Of a stretch of DNA of 64,000 nucleotides, positions 38,001-49,578 are shown in pieces (the first letter of the stretch is position 1; the number at the start of each line of letters is the position of its first letter). The position numbers and the translations under genes are program-made. The notes under the pieces were generated by a model, which saw nothing but the letters and a program-made list of their open reading frames with translations, had not been told where the DNA came from and searched no databases. Origin of the DNA: Okamejei kenojei (Eukaryota); NCBI GenBank assembly GCA_035221665.1, contig CM069162.1, positions 25,854,001 to 25,918,000 of the forward strand. Direction: 5' to 3'.

Positions 38001-41000
38001 CTGCCTATATCAATTTAAAGTGATGTCAGTCAAAATGAGCAGGCTTTAGGATTTAGGGATCCTTTGACTTCCTACTGCTGTAGGGTGGAATGTTATAGTC
38101 AAGGCATTCGGTGATCGTCTCATGCTTATGCACTGCAATGACTTCTTTGCTGGTCTATAACAAAGAAGACATCTACACAGGATGTGTACAATATTCTGAG
38201 ACAGATGCCCTCTTAAATCTCAAAACAAACGATCAAGCTGGCTGCCCAGAGTTGAAGAATATCTTAAAACATGGCTGATGACACCCATGAGTGCCCAATC
38301 AAGAGGACTTAATATCAGTGCAGCCTAATCCAATTAATATCAAGAACTCTAAGTTTGTAAACCATCGGCATGCATAAGATATTTTGAAGTAATTTGACAA
38401 ATATAGAATGGCCTACAATAGAAAAACAGGCTTTCTGGATTGTTGTGGTCTATGGTTCTCTGCAATATATATTTTATAACAAAAACTCTGATCTTGTTAT
38501 CCTCCGGTTTGCATGGTTTTTCTATTTGTGCAAAAACAGTACACGATAGCGCTATGATATTTTGCCACCCGACTCACCATTCTCCTGTGCTGCAAGTGCA
38601 ACAAGTTTTGTTCCGATCGATAGTATATTTTAAAACTTATTAAGGTTTAAAAATCTTAAAAACCGCGCATGCACAGATTGTCTTCTCTCCTGTCAGTAAC
38701 CGCCATGCAGATTGGTCTCCTCTCCTGTCAGTCACCACCATGGCTGGGACGGTGACTCCCCTTGCTGCAGGGAGGGGAGGGGAGTTATGGAGGGAGGGAG
38801 GGTGGGAGTGACTGAGGATAGGGGAAATGAGAGGGAGGGATTGGGGGAGGGGAGGAGGAGAGGGGAAAGAAAGAGGGAGGATGAAGAGATGGGGGAGGGA
38901 GTGCAGGGGAATGAGGGGAAATGAGCCGCGCCTGCGCAGTTGGGGGCTATGGGTGAGTAGTGGAATATTACGTTTGGGGGAACGGATTGTATTGGGGGAA
39001 CAGGTGAGTGGTGGAATATTGCATTGGGGAACGGGTTGCATTGGGGGACCAGACCTCCCGTTTGACAGGGACCCAATGGGTCCCACCTAGTCAAGTACGA
39101 CATTAAAATTCAATGCAATAATCAAACGTGAAAAGCAATGTAAACCATATTCCCCATTGAACCACCTCCTCTTTGTATTCCGCAAACCCACAGATGCATA
39201 TCTTCCCATATCTTTCACTTCATCAACCTGCTTCATCCTCTACCTGGAAAAAGGGTCCTGTCCGAAACATCGCCTCTCTATGTTCTCCAGAGATGCTACC
39301 TGACTAGCTGAGTTAGTCTAGCACTTTGTATATTTTTCCCTTCCCCTTCATGTTACTCACCCATTTATTCTCCATATACATCCAACCTACCGATCTACTC
39401 TTCAAATGCTTGGGTCTCTTCCCTCTCCAAAATAAACACAAAATGACTATTTTCAGTATAAACTTTCCCCCCTGAATTATTCATTCCTTAACGTAATTTT
39501 CGCATGAATGAGAAAGTCTTCAATGAACATCCACTCTCTGAATAGTTACTCTATTTGACGAGTGTCCCCGGGTCTTAAACCTTGCATTTCATGGAATCAA
39601 TCATACACTATATTCAGAAACCCAGTTCAATTTTGTCAACTTTCTCTTGGGACTGAAATTTTCTTCAGAGATAACATCAAACTATAACTCACCAATTGCC
39701 AGCACAAGTATGAAGGGCCTGCGACGGCCAAAGCGAGAGGAGCACCCATCACTCCAGGCTCCCAATACTGGTTGAACCATGAAACCTGCAACCACAAATG
39801 ACGAGACTTGAGACCTTCTCCACAGTTATCCCACAATGTGATAAAAGTGAATCGCCTGAACAAGAACGTAAAGCAACATCTCCCTACAGCATTGTAACAC
39901 TGAATCTTCTTCCCTAAAATGAACATAACATGCTTGGACCTGAAAAGGTTTGCCATTGTGTGGCAATGTTGACCTTGCTCCCACAAGTGACCTTTAACAG
40001 TATGGCGATACTGCCACACAGCTACAGTAACCTAGGTTTGATCCTGCCATTGGGTGCTCTCAGTGTGACTGTATGGATTTCCTCCGAGAACTCTAGTTTC
40101 TCCCCCACATCTAAAAGATTAGCTGGTTGATCAGTTAATGTAAATTATCCCCATTCTAAATGGGCAATCTCGCCCTTTCTCTTTAGTCCTCACAGTATTT
40201 GGCTCCAGTTGCTCAATGAACAATATCCAGCTAACACATTAATATGGGATTCCTGTTCTCAGGGGAATTCCTGCCCTGATAATTCGCTAGTTTGAAATGG
40301 TTCCAAGAAGAGAAGGATTCAGTCAGGAGCTAGACAGTGAAGAAAAAAATCTATCACTAGTAATGGACAACACGAGAATTTGAGTATCTTTTTTATTACT
40401 CTTAATCTATATTAAAAAAAAACTATTAGAGGCAGAATGATTTGATTGATAATATTAATAATGTATGATTGATGTACAAAAATATTTCTACCATAATGTG
40501 TTTGCCAATTTATTGTTTACCTCTAATAAAAATATATTAAAAAAATAAAAATAAAATAAAAAAAGAAATATAGAAACATAGAAAATAGGTGCAGGAGGAG
40601 GCCATTCGGCCCTTCGAGCCAGCACCGCCATTCATTGTGATCATGGCTGATCGTCCCCAATCAATAACCCGTGCCTGCCTCCTCCCCATATCACTTGATT
40701 CCACTAGCTCCTAGAGCTCTATCTGACTCTCTCTTAAATCCATCCAGTGATTTGGCCTCCACTGCCCTCTGTGGCAGGGAATTCCATAAATTCACAACTC
40801 TCTGGGTGAAAACGTTTTTTCTCACCTCAGTCCTAAATGGCTTACCCTTTATTCTAAGACTGTGGCCCCTGGTTCTGGACTCGCCCAACATTGGGAACAT
40901 TTTTCCTGTATCTAGCTTGTCCAGTCCTTGTATAATTTTATATGTTTCTATAAGATCCCCCCTCATTCTTCTAAACTCCAGTGAATACAAGCCTAGTCTT

Positions 41001-42115
41001 TTCAATCTTTCCTCATATGACAGTCCCGCCATCCCAGGGATCAATCTTGTGAACCTACAATGTACTGCGTCAATCACACTTGCATGTTATATGTCAGACA
41101 TTACCTATTGATCAGAGATGAAGGACGAGATATTCCAGCATTTATAAAAGCGGTAAAAGTCCTCAACCATTTGCCTCTCTACTGGGAATGCTCTTCTTCT
41201 GTCACAGTTATACAGAATGAGGCATTAAAGGAGAAGCAAGACAAATATAAGGGGGAAAATGTAACTAAAGCATATGCCGATAGGATGGTATGAATCAAGA
41301 TGGGAGGAAACTGAGGCAGAGCATAAACACTGGCGTTGGCCATTTGGGCTGAGTAGCCTGTTTTTGTGGATACAATAGAAACTTGAACAAATCTGGAAAA
41401 GAAGATGAAGAAATCAAAATGTGAGAGAGAATGCATGGACCTCTGGCTCCTCCTTATGACCATATGATGAGTCTGATTTGATCCAATTAAATATTTATTT
41501 ATGGTCACTTACAACATTTAAAAAATATTTCATAAACTGTTTTGGGACTTCCTGATGTTATAAAATGCAAGTCCCAGTCACAAGTTGTTCTTTTCTATAC
41601 ATGTCCAAAACTGCAAGAATCACATGTACCTCACTCTATGGCCAATACAATAGATGGGCTGGACCCTCCAAGTAGAGCTAAATATGGTACATTCTGAATA
41701 TATAAAGTGGAATTACTGTACCTAATATGGGACTGATGAACCAAACCATGCCATACAGTTCATCTGGTAGACCCATCTGGAGGAGGACAGGGGTGACATA
41801 AGCTGTCTCCATTGCATAGCTGAATTCAATCCCGAAGAGAATGCATCCATTGAAAAGCAATTTCCAGAAGGAGTGTCGCAGCGGAATTTCACTGAAATCA
41901 AGGAGCTCAATGGGAATTGGCGTATTGGGTGGGGGAGGGGGGGAAGGCCTGATGAACTTTCTTCTCTTGGGATGACGCTTGTAATTGTTCGCCCGATGAC
42001 TGATGTGTTGGGCAGTGGAATGGGGGAAGGTGCAGCTTGAGGGACACCGGTTTTCCTGAGAAGTCGGATTTGGGAAGAGGGCATCACTGGGCGTGGTTGG
42101 ATTTGGGGAGCTCAT
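25748..42115 (-). CDS. slc45a1: SLC45A1 proton-associated sugar transporter A (MFS), 735 aa; complement(join(25748..26011,26616..26821,29170..29346,33363..33516,35957..36651,36883..37107,39693..39785,41722..42115))
   Basis: Eight GT-AG exons with consistent phases, 2208 nt in total. SLC45A1-type motifs [92 protein letters not shown] and [19 protein letters not shown]. Confidence 0.95.
26616..26821 (-). CDS. slc45a1: slc45a1 coding exon 7
   Basis: [17 protein letters not shown]...CEYYQSKK|gtataa. Confidence 0.93.
28930..29027 (+). mobile_element. Penelope-derived short repeat with hammerhead-like core
   Basis: CAGTCTGAAGAAGGCTCTCAACCTGAAATGTCACCC. Confidence 0.7.
29170..29346 (-). CDS. slc45a1: slc45a1 coding exon 6
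   Basis: [19 protein letters not shown]...AFSAALYS|gtaagg. Confidence 0.93.
29520..31260 (-). mobile_element. Ancient degenerate LINE (CR1/L2 group) with a Penelope-derived insert at about 30087-30205
   Basis: Minus ORF remnant [35 protein letters not shown] resembles an RT N-terminal domain. Confidence 0.55.
31272..31415 (+). mobile_element. Short retroposon with (AAG)n tail and 11-bp target-site duplication
   Basis: CACTGATTATG at 31261-31271 and 31416-31426 flanks a 144-bp insert ending GCAAGAAGAAGAAGAAGA. Confidence 0.8.
32700..33270 (-). mobile_element. Degenerate CR1 LINE fragment
   Basis: Remnant [18 protein letters not shown]. Confidence 0.6.
33363..33516 (-). CDS. slc45a1: slc45a1 coding exon 5
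   Basis: ttacag|[12 protein letters not shown]...LCVNHFL G|gtataa. Confidence 0.92.
34630..35042 (+). mobile_element. CR1 LINE 3' fragment
   Basis: LGLYSLEFR...[24 protein letters not shown] plus 3'UTR. Confidence 0.8.
35957..36651 (-). CDS. slc45a1: slc45a1 coding exon 4 (includes the large cytoplasmic loop)
   Basis: tctag|[18 protein letters not shown]...[11 protein letters not shown]|gtaaag. Confidence 0.93.
36883..37107 (-). CDS. slc45a1: slc45a1 coding exon 3
   Basis: [13 protein letters not shown]...[12 protein letters not shown]|gtttgt. Confidence 0.93.
37740..38160 (+). mobile_element. Possible Harbinger-type transposase remnant, interrupted by a minus-strand CR1 tail (37861-37955)
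   Basis: [27 protein letters not shown] loosely resembles the Harbinger/HARBI1 motif LPVAVKVTVALNFYA..GDLCGISQ. Highly degraded. Confidence 0.3.
38466..39096 (+). mobile_element. Non-autonomous Helitron-like element
   Basis: AT-rich TATATATT start, no TIR or TSD seen. Subterminal hairpin GGGACCC-AAT-GGGTCCC (39068-39084) followed by ACCTAGTCAAGT, a CTAG-like end. Confidence 0.55.
39693..39785 (-). CDS. slc45a1: slc45a1 coding exon 2 (not in the ORF track in this frame)
   Basis: tgcag|[32 protein letters not shown]|gtgag; 93 nt. Confidence 0.93.
40005..40150 (+). mobile_element. Degenerate V-SINE
   Basis: CCTAGGTTTGATCCTG...GGATTTCCTCCGAG..TTTCTCCCCCACATCTAAAAG. Confidence 0.5.
40565..41075 (-). 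mobile_element. CR1 LINE 3' fragment
   Basis: [44 protein letters not shown] plus tail. Confidence 0.9.
41722..42115 (-). CDS. slc45a1: slc45a1 first coding exon (splice acceptor at 42153/42154, so it follows a non-coding exon)
   Basis: Kozak GCACCATG; [15 protein letters not shown]...WFISPIL G|gtacag. Upstream tttcctttgcag acceptor. Confidence 0.93.
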
Positions 42116-43199
42116 GGTGCTGCCTTGGTCACTTTCTTCTGATTGATTTCTTCCTGCAAAGGAAAGACCAAAGATTGGGTTATTTACATGTAATCCAATC
42201 GCAAAGAACAGTTACCGACCCATTACAGTTTCCACATACTTTGCAATGATCCTGCCTAAATTGACATGTTTCAGAGAATTTTCGTTCCCCATCTCCCCAT
42301 GAACTTACCAATAGAACCACAGCTCTCTGGAAAAGTTTAAAATTAAGAAAAGTTTGTTAAGGCAGATGTAGAAAAGATATTTTCGTTAAGCAATGTTCAC
42401 CCCGACAGTTGATCGTTAATAAATCCAATAGAAAATTCTTTAAGCTACAATTAAAATGTGAAACCTACTAGAACTAAGGGTTGCTCACGTGAATTGTGTA
42501 GATGCATTCAAGGAGAGGCTGGAAAAATTATTAGAGAGAATGAAACAAAAGTTTGAGAGAAACGGTGAGATGAAATAGAAGGAAGCACAGCTGCACTGTA
42601 ATGATTTACATCAACCCATTTGTACTATAAAGTATTGTCATTAGATAGGAATAAGGAGCTGAACCTCAAAAATATTGCACCATATCAAAACCCTGATCAC
42701 CAGTGGCCATGTACGGATTCAAAGATGTTTGTAACTAGGAGTGGATGAAAGATTGGAGAAAAGGGACAGTGAAGAGACAGAGGACACAATAGAAATTGTT
42801 TGGGGTTACAGGATGAGCATGCAGAGCATATGGGAGAAGCAGTGAGAGGAGTGGAATCATTGGGGTAGTGTCGAGGGGCAGTGGAGAAAATAAAGAAACC
42901 AAGAGACACAAGAAACTTCAAGTGCTGCAATCTTGAGCAAAATACAAAGTATGGAGAAACACAGAGGGTCGGGCAACATCTCTGCTTGACCCGCTTAATT
43001 CCGCCAGCACTTTGTGTTTGCTGAATAAAAAAACCAAATTGCTCTCTGGCTTCACTCCGTCACTGGTAATTTGAAAGCTCCCCTTACAACAAATTTTTGT
43101 TGTCACTCTGACTCACTTATATATCTCACACTCAATTCCTCTTACACTCACACACAAACACAAGCCAAGAAATTGGACAGATTTGCACATTTATACATG

Positions 43200-44350
43200 T
43201 GCATTGCATAAAAAAGCAAAGCTGGCACGTTTTGAAATGTCTCCAACCATTCCAAGACCCAAATCAGCAGGAGATGTTGAATGGACAATTCATCTCAGCT
43301 TCCTCGTAAGATCCCACCATCACAGAGGCCAGACATCAGCCATTTTGATGCTGTCAAAAACATTTCTGCAAGCATTGGAAACAGTGAACACAATGGGGCC
43401 AGATACATCAAAGATGTTGTAACAAAGATTTGCACTCCAGAATCAGCTGCACCTCTATCGAAACTGTTCCAATACTATTACGGCAGTCTTTTACCCAACA
43501 ATATGGAAAAATGCCCTTCTATGTCCTTTTCACAAAGAGTAGGAAAATCTATTCTGGCAAATTATGTCCAAACAGTCCATACTCAATTATCATCAAAATA
43601 ATAATCATTGATAGTGCTAACACTCAGCACTTACTCTCTATGAACGCACTCGTCAATAACTGTTTGCATTTTGCCACTGTGCTCTAAATCTTATTACAGC
43701 CTGCCTCCAAATATGGACAACAGAGCTGAATGCCACGGTTGAGGTTAGAGTGGTTGTTCCTGACATCAGGATAACACTTAATCGAGTGCAGCATCAAGGA
43801 GCCCCAGTAAAGCTGACATCTATGGATGTCAAGAGTTGCCGCCTGATCTTGTACAGAGGAAGATGGTTGTAGTCATCCCATCATCAGGCCATCTCTGCAA
43901 GAGTTCAATTGGGGTTCTAGACTCACCCACCTTCAGGTGCTTCCCTTCTTTCTTTCATGAGGTCAAAAGTGGAGTGTTCACTGATGGATTGCACGGTGCT
44001 CAATTCTATTCATAACCTCTCAGCCCACACCTGCTTGGAGTAAGGTCCAGGTAATGTTCAGGCATCAGCTGCCATGTAACAATCACATGCCATATCATCT
44101 CCAAACAAGAGGGTCCAGTCAACTACCTTTGATATACCATCTTAAAATTTCCCCAGACACATATTACTGCTCCTTCATGGTTAGTAAATCTAAATCTTGG
44201 AATTCCACCACTATTGTTCTCCAAATCAGAAGTCACAAAAAACACAAATTGCAACATCCTTGCTTCCCTAGATGGATTGCCTCAAGTTAAGAAAGGGGTT
44301 CCCTATCTTTTTAAGGACCATTATCTATGGGTAACATATGTTTGCCAGGG
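43200..44350 (+). mobile_element. Ancient degenerate LINE (CR1/L2 group)
   Basis: KICTPESAAPLSKLFQYYY...ANY RT remnant. Same family as 29520-31260. Confidence 0.55.
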
Positions 44351-45699
44351 ACACCCTCACATCTAAAACTGGGCATGTTTTCCCCATGTGATGAACATCA
44401 TAAACTCTCACAGCTTCTTCTAAATATTTAATGACTGGATGAAAATATTATAACCCACAATCTTCATGAATTACTTAAATTGTCCCACAAAAAGTAGCAA
44501 ATCATTGATGATGTAAAGCGCCACGGCATTACTGTAGGGGGAAGCGGATTGCACTGGAGATCCAGATGCAGTTTCCCTCTCCCGTTTTTCGCTACACCAT
44601 GGAGAGGTCTCTTAAAGAGCGCTTACCCGAGAGTCGCCACCTGCAGGCCGCTGTTTGCCTCCCGTCCAGAAATCAAGCGGCTCAAGAAACATGTAGGCCG
44701 GGATTTAAATCACAGCGATGGGGGAGTATATCACAACAATATTATCTTTACGCAAGGATATGCCAGTTTCACGGTTTTTGTGTTAACTCTATAAGCAGCA
44801 CCCGTCGAGTGCAGCAAAAATGCCTAATGTCCAATTTCCAGGCAATCCTCTCATTCACACATACTCCTCCCATTCACCCTCCCAACGTCAGCTATTCCTT
44901 CTCCTGCCTGACCCGCCGAGTTACTCCAGCATGTTGTGCCTATTGTCGGTGTAAACCAGCATATACAGTTCCTTGCAGCACATTCCTCCCACACAGTCGG
45001 CTATACCTTTTTTGTTAAATATACCATCATGTCCATAAATAGAAATGTACACATTCATTCAAACCAGCACGCACGATGGAATAACATATAATATTGAGGA
45101 GATTGCGCTAGTTATGATGGATACATGCTTTAAAAGACGATGGGTCTTCGCCCTGAAACGTTGGCTGCTTGGATTTGTGTCCAAAATGTTCCATCTTTAA
45201 CTGTATGTACGGCCTGTACGGGATTCCGGTGACATGGTGTTTTAGTTTTAGGATTGAAATATTAACAGCTTTCCACAGCTGACTGCCCTGGGCAGAGCGG
45301 ACACATGGTGATTAGATTCGTGTGTGAAGGATACTGGAGGCAGCCGAGTGAAGCGGGTGGGCCCGTGATGTAGCAGTTCTATCCCAGCCACACCGCTGCA
45401 TCACCACACACGGTGCCTTCCAAATATATGCCGCTGCTGAGAGTTCACAATAGAATGACACTTGAACTCTTCCTGTAATAATTGATGCCGTTTCTTATTG
45501 TGCATTCAAAAACAGCAGCAATTCACACCTTAATCTAATCACTTCCCGTCTTTTCTATCGCCCCTGAATTCCTCTCCGATTGCTCCTGACTGCTACTCGG
45601 GGACCTTTGTTTCAAGTTTATCGTTTATTTGCTCTTAATCAAAAGCGACCCCAAATTGCCCAAAATTAACAAAAAATCCGGCCCACCAGTAAACCTCCC

Positions 45700-46400
45700 T
45701 CATCCTTCGCTTCTCAGTACTCTCGGCATGTGGCTGGGAGGCGAACTGCAAGGTGCAGCATCCTCATCAGCCCCTGGTAAGTAGCACCGGCTGCTCATCT
45801 TTTACAGCAGCCTGCGTACAAAAGCTCAGCTTGACAAGGACTGTAATTACCTCCGTCTATGCCGTTTCCTGCATCCTGATCCTGGGGTGGAAGCTTTGGG
45901 CTACCCCTCCTCCTCCTCCTCCTTCATGCTGCCTTTCCCTAATCTCTCTGCCTTCCTTTCCTCCTGCGTTATGCCGCGGCAGTGCAGCGAGTAATCTTGG
46001 AGGCAGCTGAGTCCGGGACACAGAAGCAGAGGCAGCACAAGAGACTGGTGCAGCATCGCTAACCAATAGGGAAACAGAACTCAAACCCCAAAGCACCCAT
46101 GATACGAAGTTTGTGGGTGGATAATACATCCAAAATGTACCAATCGCAAGATACAGAGGGAATGGCAGCATTCAAAACTGTCGGAATTGAAACAGGTAAA
46201 AGCCGACCAGTGAAAGGATCGAAGGAGGCAGCGAGGAGGACGAGACAAAGTGGAGAAGAAGCGGGGCAGCCAAGAGGGAGGCGGGAGATGCAAGGCAGCA
46301 GAGGAAGGGAGTAGAAGTCAAGGTGTTAGCACGGGGCATGGCAGGAGAATGCTTCGAAGTACACGTTCCCGCCCCGTCATCGCTCTCTGCCTCCCTTGCC
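45700..46400 (-). promoter_or_regulatory. Putative slc45a1 promoter and non-coding first exon
   Basis: Unique, CpG-enriched sequence. Minus-strand donor GAG|gtaatt near 45850. CCAAT near 46063 and GC boxes. Confidence 0.4.
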
Positions 46401-46452
46401 TCTGTGCCACCTTTCCATTGCTATTTCCTTTCCCACATCCTTTTGAATGGTT

Positions 46453-47165
46453 GGTAGACAAAAGTGCTGGAGAAACTCAGCGGGTGAAGCAGCATCTATG
46501 GAGCGAAGGAAATATGCAACGTTTCGGGCCAAAACCCTTCTTCAGACCAGTCTGAAGAAGGGTCTCGACCCGAAACGTCGCCTACCTCCTTCGCTCCTTA
46601 GATGCTGCTGCACCCGCTGAGTTTCTCCAGCTTTTTGTGTACCCCCTTCTTCAGACTGATGTGAAGGTGGGGGGGCGGGAAGAAGAAAGGAAGAGGTGGA
46701 GCCAGTGTGCTGAGGGCGAGCTGAGAAGGGGAGGAGAAAGTATGGACTACTTGAAATTAGAGAAGTGGAGTGTAAACTACCCAAGCGAAATATGAGGTGT
46801 TGCTCCTCCAATTTACGGTGGTCCTCATTCTGGCCATGGAGGAGGCCGAGGACAGAAAGGCCAGATTCGGAATGGGAGGGGGAGTTGAAGTGCTGAGCCA
46901 CAGGGAATTAGGTTGGTTATTGCGAACCGAGCGGAGGTGTTCGACGAAGCGATCGCCAAGCCTACGCTTGGCCTTACCAACGTAGAGCAGCGGGTGCAAT
47001 AGATGAGGTTGGAGGAGGTGCAGGTGAATCTCTGCTGCACCTGGAAAAATGCTTGGGTCCTTGAATGGAGTCAAGGGAGGAGGTAAAGCGACAAGTGTAG
47101 CATTTCTTGCGGTTTGTAAGGGAAAGTGCCCGGAGAGGGGGTGGTTCGGGTGGGAAGGGACGAAT
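46453..47165 (-). mobile_element. Penelope-like element fragment (GIY-YIG and 3'UTR) with a head-to-head inverted terminal pair at 46453-46643
   Basis: QRFTCTSSNLIYC..YVGKAKRRLGDRFVEHLRS; RKLEEQHLIFRLGSL. Confidence 0.85.
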
Positions 47166-48004
47166 TGACCAGGGACAATTCAAAATCCTTTTGAATGGTT
47201 ATTTCGTTCACGATCAAAATCGCATTATAGCCAATTCGGTCCACGTATTGCAAAATGTTCCCGAATTCATTACTCTCGTAATGTCAACTTGTAATTATGA
47301 AAACACGCGTAATAGCAGAACTACATGTAATAAATATTTGACACGCAGAGATGCTTATCCTTTCCCAAACCATGAGATTATTAAAGATTTGCCATGTTTT
47401 CATTTTCAGCCATAAAGTCAGAATACAAACTATTCCAGACTGATCATCATGCATCAAAACTGGGTACTAAATTTGGGCAGAACAAAAATAGTTACATCCC
47501 AGTTGACTCTGCAAATCACTACTCATGAAACTTTGGGGACAAGGTGCTAAATTATGTGAATTGCTCCCAGATGAATCAAGGATAATAAAACATGCCTTCT
47601 AGCCAATGTTTAAAATTTTCTATATAGACACAAAGTACTGGAGTAGATCAGTAAGTCTGGCAGCACCTCTGGAGAAAATGGATAGGTGACCCTCCTTCAG
47701 ACTGATTGTAGGAGGGAGAACGGGAAAAAACTGGAAGCGAAAAGAGGCAGGACAAGGACGTGTAAGTGCAGCTTTGTGTGTGGAAATACTCCAAATGTGA
47801 TATAACCTGTGCCTTATAATGTCTCAGCATTACATCCCTGTTTTTGTATAATAATCTTCTCAAAATAAATGCTAGCCTTGCATTTGCCTTCCTTATTACC
47901 GATTCAACGTTTAAATGAACTTTTTGGGAATCCTGCACCAGCACTCCCAAGTCCCTTTGCACCTCTGATTTCTGAATTCTCTTCCCATTTAGAAAATAGT
48001 CTAC

Positions 48005-48243
48005 TGAAGAGGTTCACGTGTTGTATAAACAATGAGTTTAATATTTAAACAATACAGCCCAACAATTTGTACTAAAGGGCAAGGTGTGTTAACGTGTTGC
48101 CTGTGAACAGCTGCACCCCGTCAGCTGTTCACCCAGATCGACGTTGATTGGTTGGCCCAGATCACGGCAGGTCCACGCACGAGCTCGAGCTCGACAAACA
48201 ATGGTTAGAGACCAAACTATCTCGGCCACATGGTGGCGCCACA
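48005..48243 (-). mobile_element. Solo LTR (probably Gypsy), 239 bp
   Basis: TG...CA termini, 4-bp TSD CTAC (48001-48004 and 48244-48247). Removal restores the CR1 sequence AAATAGTCTACGCCTTTATTCC. ATTAAA on the minus strand near 48037. Confidence 0.8.
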
Positions 48244-48577
48244 CTACGCCTTTATTCCTGCTACCAAAATGACTCCACACTTTATTATGCTGTATGCCAT
48301 CTGCCACTTCTCTGTCAACCTGTTCGTCCTTCTGCAGAGTCCCTGCTTTCCATACACTATCTGCTCCTCCACCTATCGTCGTATCATCTGCAAACTTGGC
48401 CACAAAACCTTCAATCCCCTCATCCAAATCATTGATATACAACGTGAAGAGTAACGGCCCCAGCACTGATCCCTGCAGAACTCCGCTAGTCACTGGCACC
48501 CAACCAGAAAAAGCCCCCTTTATTGCCACTCTTTGCCTTCCGCCATCCAGCCAACCTGCTACCCATGCTAGTATCTT

Positions 48578-49578
48578 GATTAGATTTTATTACTTGTCAT
48601 TCGCACCTCAGAGAGGCTCGAACGAAATTCTGTTTCTACAAACCATACAGAGCAATTCATAAAAAAACACACACAAACAATTCAATTCACACAAACATCC
48701 ATCACAGTGAGTCTGCCCCTCACTGTGATGGAAGGCAAAGTTCTTCTCTCTCCCCCGCACCATTTCTCCCCCGATGTCGAAGCCCCAGGCGGGCGATGGT
48801 AAGTCCTACGGCCATTGAGGCCGCGCCGGGCGATGTACGGCCCCGCTCTAGGCCCAAAAGTCACAAAGTTGGAGCCCCCGGCGGGCGCTGGAATGTCCCG
48901 CGACCATTAAAGCCGCGCCGGGCGATGTACGGCCCCGCTCCAGGTCGTTCCAACCCCACGACACGGGCAGGAGAAGCCGCGTTGCGGGAGCTCCGGAAAG
49001 CGGTCTCTCACCTAGAGCCGTGAGCTCCCGATATCCCGACAGTCCACCGGTAGTAATCTGCAGCTGCAGCTCCGGAGTCGGGCCGCAGCTGGAGCTGGAG
49101 CTCCGGAGTCAGCCTGGAGCAGCTGGAGCTGGAGCGGAGTCCGGAGCTCCGGAGGCCGCAGCTGGAGCTGGAGCCCCGGAGTCGGGCCGCAGCTGGAGCT
49201 GGAGCTGGAGCCCCGGAGTCGGGCCGCAGCGGCGATCCACCACCGCTCCCCACACTCCGAGGCCGGCCAGCCCCACGATGGTAAGTCCGCAGCTCCGCAG
49301 GCTCCGTGACTGCAGCCCCCAGGTCGTCCCAGTCGGAGGCCGCTCCACGGTACTAGGCCCCAACGACAACTGAGACCCAACAGGGAAAAAGTCGGGTCTC
49401 CTGTGCAGGGAAGAGATTTTAAAAGTTTCCCCCTCCCCACCCTCCACCCCCCACATATACACAGTTATAAACAATACAAAAAAACCACGAACAACTACAT
49501 TTAACTAGACAAAAAATAAAAAAAAGACAGACAGGCTGTAGGGGCCGCTGCAACATGAGCCGCGCCGCCGCACTAGTG
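48578..49578 (-). mobile_element. GC-rich non-autonomous retroposon (about 1 kb) with a Rex1/L2-like tail
   Basis: 7-bp TSD GTATCTT (48571-48577 and 49579-49585). Minus-strand 3' end GAATGACAAGTAATAAAATCTAATC. No credible ORF. Confidence 0.75.
49060..49230. repeat. GC-rich minisatellite (CCGGAGTCGGGCCGCAGCTGGAGCTGGAG-like units)
   Basis: About 5 imperfect tandem units. Confidence 0.8.

Noticed and set aside
37958-38014. About 30-bp tandem duplication containing a small hairpin
   Set aside because: Adjacent to a CR1 tail insertion and most simply an integration scar.
49008-49474. Repetitive ORFs (APAPAAA, LQLQL)
   Set aside because: Translations of a GC-rich minisatellite inside a retroposon.
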